DNA of 64,000 bases, taken from Paracoccaceae bacterium. GTDB lineage: Bacteria > Pseudomonadota > Alphaproteobacteria > Rhodobacterales > Rhodobacteraceae. The notes beneath the pieces are model-generated. The model saw nothing but the letters and a program-made list of their open reading frames with translations. It was not told where the DNA came from and ran no database searches. The position numbers and the translations under genes are program-made. This document shows positions 59,193 through 64,000 of the stretch, one piece after another. The stretch covers positions 17,589-81,588 of the forward strand of contig JAABTI010000001.1 in assembly GCA_011389955.1 (NCBI GenBank). Direction: 5' to 3'. Position 1 is the first letter of the stretch, and each line of letters begins with the position of its first letter.

Positions 59193-59950
59193 CGCTCACC
59201 GTCGATCTCAATGCCGATATGGGGGAAAGTTTCGGCGCCTGGAAGATGGGCGACGACGCGGCGCTGCTGGATATCGTCACCTCGGCCAATATCGCCTGCG
59301 GGTTTCACGCCGGTGACCCGGATGTGATGTTCGACACCATGCGCCGCGCGGTGGCGTGCAACGTCGGGATAGGGGCGCATCCCGGCTTCGACGACCTGGC
59401 CGGGTTCGGACGGCATCGCCGCGATGTGCCGCATGCGAGCTTGGCCAACCAGGTGCGCTACCAGGTGGGCGCGGCGCTGGCGATGGCGCGGGCGGCGGGC
59501 GGCGCGGTGCGGCACCTGAAGCTGCACGGCGCGTTGGCCAACATGGCGTCGGAGGATGCCGAACTGGCACGGGTGTGTTACGATGCGGCGCTGTCGGTGG
59601 CGCCGGACCTGCGCATCATGGTGCTGGCCGCGACGGCGCAACAGCGGGCCGCCGAGGCGCTGGGCTGCGCATGGGTGGGCGAAATATTCGCCGACCGTGC
59701 CTATGACGACGATGCCACGCTGGTGGACCGGTCGCAGGCGGGCGCGGTGATCCACGATCCGCGTATCGCCGGGCCGCGCATCGCCGAGATGGTCAGGAAA
59801 GGGGCGATCGTCACCGAAAGCGGCAAGGAAATCCCGACGCGGATCGATACCATCTGCCTGCACGGCGATACCACGACCGCGGTGCAGATCGCCCGGTCGG
59901 TGCGCGACACGCTGGAAGCGGCGGGCGTGACGGTTCAGACCTTCGCGTGA
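59189..59950 (+). CDS. pxpA: 5-oxoprolinase subunit A (LamB/YcsF)
   Basis: DLNADMGESFG, ANIACGFHAGDP, HGAL.N, FADRAY and TICLHGD motifs. Confidence 0.9.
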   Translation: MTLTVDLNADMGESFGAWKMGDDAALLDIVTSANIACGFHAGDPDVMFDTMRRAVACNVGIGAHPGFDDLAGFGRHRRDVPHASLANQVRYQVGAALAMARAAGGAVRHLKLHGALANMASEDAELARVCYDAALSVAPDLRIMVLAATAQQRAAEALGCAWVGEIFADRAYDDDATLVDRSQAGAVIHDPRIAGPRIAEMVRKGAIVTESGKEIPTRIDTICLHGDTTTAVQIARSVRDTLEAAGVTVQTFA

Positions 59951-59951
59951 G

Positions 59952-61184
59952 TCAGTAGGCGCTGCGCGGCGCAATGCGCGCGCCATCGCTCAGGCCCGCG
60001 GGCGGATACATCACGATGCGCGCGCCATCTTCCAGCCCCGAGGTGACCGCCGCGGTCACGCCGTTGTCGGCGGCGATTTCAACCGGGGTGCGGTGCGCGG
60101 TGCCCTCGCGCACCTCGAACAGCGCCCAGCCGCCGCCATCGCGGAACAAGGCGCCCGACGGCACCTTCAGCGCGTCGTCATCCGACCATTCCACGATCCG
60201 CACCTCGACGCGGTAGCCGTGGCCGAGCGCGGCGCGTTCCCGGTGCGGGCCATCGAAGCTGACGGTGACGGTCACGCGCTGCTCCTCGACCCCCAGGGCC
60301 GAAACGCGCGTGAACCCCCATGGCGCAATCCTGGTGACCGTACCGGAAAGGGGGTGCGGCCCGCCCCAGTCGTCGATGATGACCGGGTCGCCGCGGGCGA
60401 TGCGCACGGCATCGCGGCTCAGAAGGTCGGCCTGCACCTCGAGCCCCTCGGCGATGTTGCCGATTTCCAGCACCGGGGTGCCGGCGGGCAGGGTGGTTTC
60501 ACTTTGTTGCATGACGCGCAGGATACGCCCGGAAATCGGGGCACGCAGCGCGATGATCTGTGCATCGGCGTTGCCGGTGGCGGCCGGATCCGCGGATTCG
60601 TCGAAACTGCGCAGTTGCGCGCGGGCATTGTCGAGCTGCGCCACGCGCATCGAGATACCGGCGCGCGCGGTGTCGAGCGCCGCCTCGGCGGCGCGGGCGG
60701 CGCGTTCGCTGGCGTCCAGCGCTGCCTGGCTGACGATGTCGCGGTCGAACAGCTTGCGCGTGCGTTCCAGATTGGCCTGCGCCAGGTCGCGGTCGGCCTG
60801 CGCCTTGTGCAGATCCGCCTGCGCGAGGCGCAGGGCGGCCTCGGCCGCGGTGACGTTGGCGCGGGCCTGCTCGCGGGTGCGCGCGTCCAGCGCCACCGAC
60901 ACCGTGGGCCGCATGCGTGCAACGACGGTGTCGCCGCGCGTGACGCTGTCGCCGGGTTCGACATCGACCCGCATCAGGCGGCCGGTGATCGGGGTCGAAA
61001 CGACGTAAGGTTCGTGCACGCGGGTGCGTCCCTCCTCGTCGATGGTCACGCGCATGGGGCCGCGTTCGACCGTGCCGATATCCACCAGGTGCGGCCTGGG
61101 CCAGAAGGCGTAACCGAGCCCGACCGACAGCAGGCCGGCGATGGCAAGGCCGATGACGAGGCGTGACTGTTTCTTGCGTGCCAT
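59952..61184 (-). CDS. HlyD/MFP periplasmic adaptor of an ABC exporter
   Basis: N-terminal TM, coiled coil, LRAPISG and VSALGVEEQRV motifs. Confidence 0.88.
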   Translation of the reverse strand: MARKKQSRLVIGLAIAGLLSVGLGYAFWPRPHLVDIGTVERGPMRVTIDEEGRTRVHEPYVVSTPITGRLMRVDVEPGDSVTRGDTVVARMRPTVSVALDARTREQARANVTAAEAALRLAQADLHKAQADRDLAQANLERTRKLFDRDIVSQAALDASERAARAAEAALDTARAGISMRVAQLDNARAQLRSFDESADPAATGNADAQIIALRAPISGRILRVMQQSETTLPAGTPVLEIGNIAEGLEVQADLLSRDAVRIARGDPVIIDDWGGPHPLSGTVTRIAPWGFTRVSALGVEEQRVTVTVSFDGPHRERAALGHGYRVEVRIVEWSDDDALKVPSGALFRDGGGWALFEVREGTAHRTPVEIAADNGVTAAVTSGLEDGARIVMYPPAGLSDGARIAPRSAY

Positions 61185-61187
61185 TTG

Positions 61188-63554
61188 CTATTCCCGTGTC
61201 TTGAGGGCCGAGACCAGATCCAGCCGTGCCAGGTTCCGCCACACCAGGGCTGCCGAGACCGCCGCCGCGATGACCACGGCCAGTATCGCGGTGCCGTAGT
61301 TGGAGGCGTGGAACACGACCGGGATCTGGTATAGGTCGGTACTGAACCCTTCGACTATTGCCCAGGTCAGGCCATAGCCCAGCCCGATGCCAAGGGGAAT
61401 GGCCAGCAGCGTCACGACGGCCAGTTCACCCAGCAGGACAAAACCAGTCTCGGCGCGGGTGAACCCCATGACCCGCAAACTGGCCAGGTCGCGGCTACGT
61501 TCGGCAAAGGCGATGCGCGCGGCGTTATAGACGATGCCGAAGGTGATGATGGCCGCGACCAGAAGCATGACGTAACGCACCGAGCCCGGCCCCGTGTTCA
61601 TGAGTTCGACCAGAGCGTCGCGCGCATCGGCCTTGAGGGTCACGCCCGCAACCGCGGGCATGTCCTTTATCTCCTGATAGAGTGTTTCGCGCAACGCGCT
61701 GTCGATGGTCAGCAGCGCCCCCGAGATGCGGTCGCGTTCATTGAGGGCATGTCCGAGCGCGCCGATTTCCATGAAGGCGGGCGCGCCCAGCAGGGTTTGC
61801 GCAACCGCCGTGACCGGCAGGTGCAGCACGGGGCGGCGGCCCTCGCGGATTTCCACGGTCAGGATGTCCCCGGTGCGCACCTTCAGGATATCGGCCAGCG
61901 GTTCGGCCAGGGTGATCCCCCCGCCGCGCAGGGCAAGCGGCGCCGCGTTGGAATCGATGATGCGGTTGAGGGCCGGTTCGCGCGGCCGCCCTTCCAGCGC
62001 GCCGCGATAGGTGTTGGTGCCGTTGCGCAGGATCGCGGGCACGATGCGGACCGGTTCGGTGCGCTGCACCCCGTCCAGGCGGCCCAGCTCCAGCAGGGCC
62101 TTGCGGGGAACGGGGTGGGTGAAGGTGACGGTCATGTCGGAGCGGTTCATCACCGTGAAGGACAGGTCCACCGCCGATGTGAAGCCGCTCACCACGGTAA
62201 GGGTCGAGGCCGACAGCGCCATGCCTGCCGCGATGCCCAGAACACTGCCAAACATGCGGCCGGGATAGCGGCTCAACCGGCGCAGGACCATGCGGCTGGG
62301 CTGGTCGAGAAGGTGGCGAAAGGCGCCGGCCAGATCGAAGCTGCGGCTATAGTCCGGCGGCGCGGGCGGACGCATTGCGACCGCCGGAGTCAGTGCGAAG
62401 ACATGGCGCAGCACCGCCAGCCCGCCCATCGTCGCGGCAAGGATGCTGATGGCGAAGCCGGTGACGAAGCTGACCGGATCGAGGGTGAATACGAGGAAGG
62501 GAAACTTGAAATAGGTCTGGTAGAACACGGCCAGCGCGTGTCCCGCCGATATCCCGGCGATCGAGCCGGCGATCGCGCCCACAACCGCGATCAGCGCCAC
62601 CAGCTTGAGGTAATGCGCGCTGACCTCGGTTCCGGTGTAACCGAACGCCTTGAGCAGGCCGATCTGTTCGCGTTCGGCCTGGACGATGCGCGCGACCACG
62701 ATATACAGCAGGAATGCCGCGATCCCCAGGAAGATCGGCGGCACCGTGGCGGCCGATGATTTCAACCCGCGTATTTCCTCGGTGACAAAGCGGTTCGAGG
62801 GCAGGTCGGCCAGCCCGTAGGCCCCGGTGGCACCATGGGAGGCGAGCATCCGGTCGGCGGCGTCGATGATGGCCTTGGGGTTTGTGCCCCGCTCCGACGC
62901 CAGCAAGATCTCGTTGAAGGCACCGCGCATGTCGAACGCTGCGGCGAGGGCCGCGCGCCGCATCCAGAACACGGCGAAGCGGGCGTCATCGGGCACCAGT
63001 TCGCCTGGCGCGGTGGTGTAGAGAAACTCGGGCGCGCGGGCCAGGCCAACGATGCGCAGGGAATGGCGCACGCCGTTCATCGTCACGTCGAGGGCGCCGC
63101 CGGGGGACAGGCCGCGCGCCTCGGCGAACCCTGCCAGCAGGACGATCTCGTTCGCGCTGGCGGTGCGCGGCAGCCGCCCCGCGGCCAGGTAGATGTCATT
63201 GAGCCGCGGTGTGCCCGCATCGGGCAACGACAACGCCTGCGCCCTTATCGGGAGCTCCCCTGCGCCGGGGTCGATCAGGGCGTGCCCCTTGATGCGCGTG
63301 GTGTGCGCCGCGACCCGCCGATCATCGGCCAGCCGCGCCGCCATCCGTTCGGGCGCGCGGGTGACCGGGACGAACACATCGGCGAGGCGGTAGCGGTCGT
63401 AATAGGCGCGACGGGTTTCATCCAGCGTATTGACCAGCCCGGTCATCATCACCAGCATCATAACGCCCAACCCGATGACCAGGACGATTGCCCCTGCCTG
63501 ACCCTTGATGCGCCACAAATCGCGCATCAGCTTGCGGTCGAGCGGGGCTACCAT
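61188..63554 (-). CDS. FtsX/MacB-like ABC transporter permease
   Basis: [21 protein letters not shown] and [13 protein letters not shown] motifs; duplicated FtsX topology. Confidence 0.9.
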   Translation of the reverse strand: MVAPLDRKLMRDLWRIKGQAGAIVLVIGLGVMMLVMMTGLVNTLDETRRAYYDRYRLADVFVPVTRAPERMAARLADDRRVAAHTTRIKGHALIDPGAGELPIRAQALSLPDAGTPRLNDIYLAAGRLPRTASANEIVLLAGFAEARGLSPGGALDVTMNGVRHSLRIVGLARAPEFLYTTAPGELVPDDARFAVFWMRRAALAAAFDMRGAFNEILLASERGTNPKAIIDAADRMLASHGATGAYGLADLPSNRFVTEEIRGLKSSAATVPPIFLGIAAFLLYIVVARIVQAEREQIGLLKAFGYTGTEVSAHYLKLVALIAVVGAIAGSIAGISAGHALAVFYQTYFKFPFLVFTLDPVSFVTGFAISILAATMGGLAVLRHVFALTPAVAMRPPAPPDYSRSFDLAGAFRHLLDQPSRMVLRRLSRYPGRMFGSVLGIAAGMALSASTLTVVSGFTSAVDLSFTVMNRSDMTVTFTHPVPRKALLELGRLDGVQRTEPVRIVPAILRNGTNTYRGALEGRPREPALNRIIDSNAAPLALRGGGITLAEPLADILKVRTGDILTVEIREGRRPVLHLPVTAVAQTLLGAPAFMEIGALGHALNERDRISGALLTIDSALRETLYQEIKDMPAVAGVTLKADARDALVELMNTGPGSVRYVMLLVAAIITFGIVYNAARIAFAERSRDLASLRVMGFTRAETGFVLLGELAVVTLLAIPLGIGLGYGLTWAIVEGFSTDLYQIPVVFHASNYGTAILAVVIAAAVSAALVWRNLARLDLVSALKTRE

Positions 63555-64000
63555 TCGATATCGGTCGCGCTGAGCGGGGTGTCGTTATGCACCACCTCGC
63601 GGATATCGCCATCGGCGAAATGAATCACGCGGTCGGCCATGGCGGCGGTGGCGGCGGCGTGGGTGACGATCAGAACCGTGGTGCCCAGCCGCTTGTTCAC
63701 ATCCGACAGCACCTTGAGCACCGCCCGCCCCGTGGTGCTGTCCAGTGCGCCGGTGGGTTCGTCGCAGAACAGGACGGTGGGTTGCTTGGCGACGGCGCGG
63801 GCGATGGCGACGCGCTGCTGCTCGCCGCCCGACAACTCCGACGGGTAGTGATGACCGCGCGTTTCAAGACCGACCAGCGCCAGCGCCTCGCGCGGGTCCA
63901 TCGGGTTGGTGGCGATCTCGGTCACCAGTTCGACGTTTTCATAGGCGGTCAGGCTGGGCATCAGGTTGTAGAACTGGAAAACGAACCCGACGTGATCGCG
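63548..64000 (-). CDS. LolD/MacB-like ABC ATPase (5' end outside the window)
   Basis: [29 protein letters not shown] and DEPTGALD motifs. Confidence 0.9.
   Translation of the reverse strand, partial: RDHVGFVFQFYNLMPSLTAYENVELVTEIATNPMDPREALALVGLETRGHHYPSELSGGEQQRVAIARAVAKQPTVLFCDEPTGALDSTTGRAVLKVLSDVNKRLGTTVLIVTHAAATAAMADRVIHFADGDIREVVHNDTPLSATDIEW

Noticed and set aside
1-64000. Numerous long overlapping alternative-frame ORFs; tRNA, rRNA, IS or prophage genes
   Set aside because: The alternative ORFs are Arg/Pro/Ala-rich high-GC shadows of real genes. I recognised no tRNA, rRNA, transposase, integrase or phage genes.

Overview
High-GC (about 65-70%) alphaproteobacterial chromosome segment with gene order and proteins typical of Rhodobacterales/Roseobacter-group bacteria. 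In order it holds: housekeeping genes (partial DUF2927-like lipoprotein, rRNA pseudouridine synthase, tadA, gatCA, amidase, rnpB RNA, rpmG, yccA, hisN, ptsP, lysC); a pstSCAB-phoU-phoB operon with a four-unit Pho box but no adjacent phoR; a TetR/CoA-ligase/enoyl-CoA-hydratase operon divergent from an IorAB-type molybdoenzyme plus a ModE-like HTH; a C-P lyase cluster (phnCDEE, acetyltransferase, phnF, phnG-L, phnN, DUF1045, phnM; no phnP); an RND pair; a TRAP/5-oxoprolinase cluster; and a partial MacAB-like ABC exporter. The stand-out is a ~1.8 kb foreign module at about 32150-33950. It is a single low-GC (about 50%) gene for a stand-alone OLD-like TOPRIM protein, flanked on both sides by degenerate quasi-palindromic ~30-bp units repeating at a ~46-bp period (4 left, 5 right) and bracketed by a degenerate ~45-50-bp direct repeat. 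No recombinase or transposase is visible in the window. It looks like a cargo cassette of an uncharacterised gene-capture or mobility system carrying a candidate defence nuclease. All family calls come from motif recognition by eye; no database searches were run.
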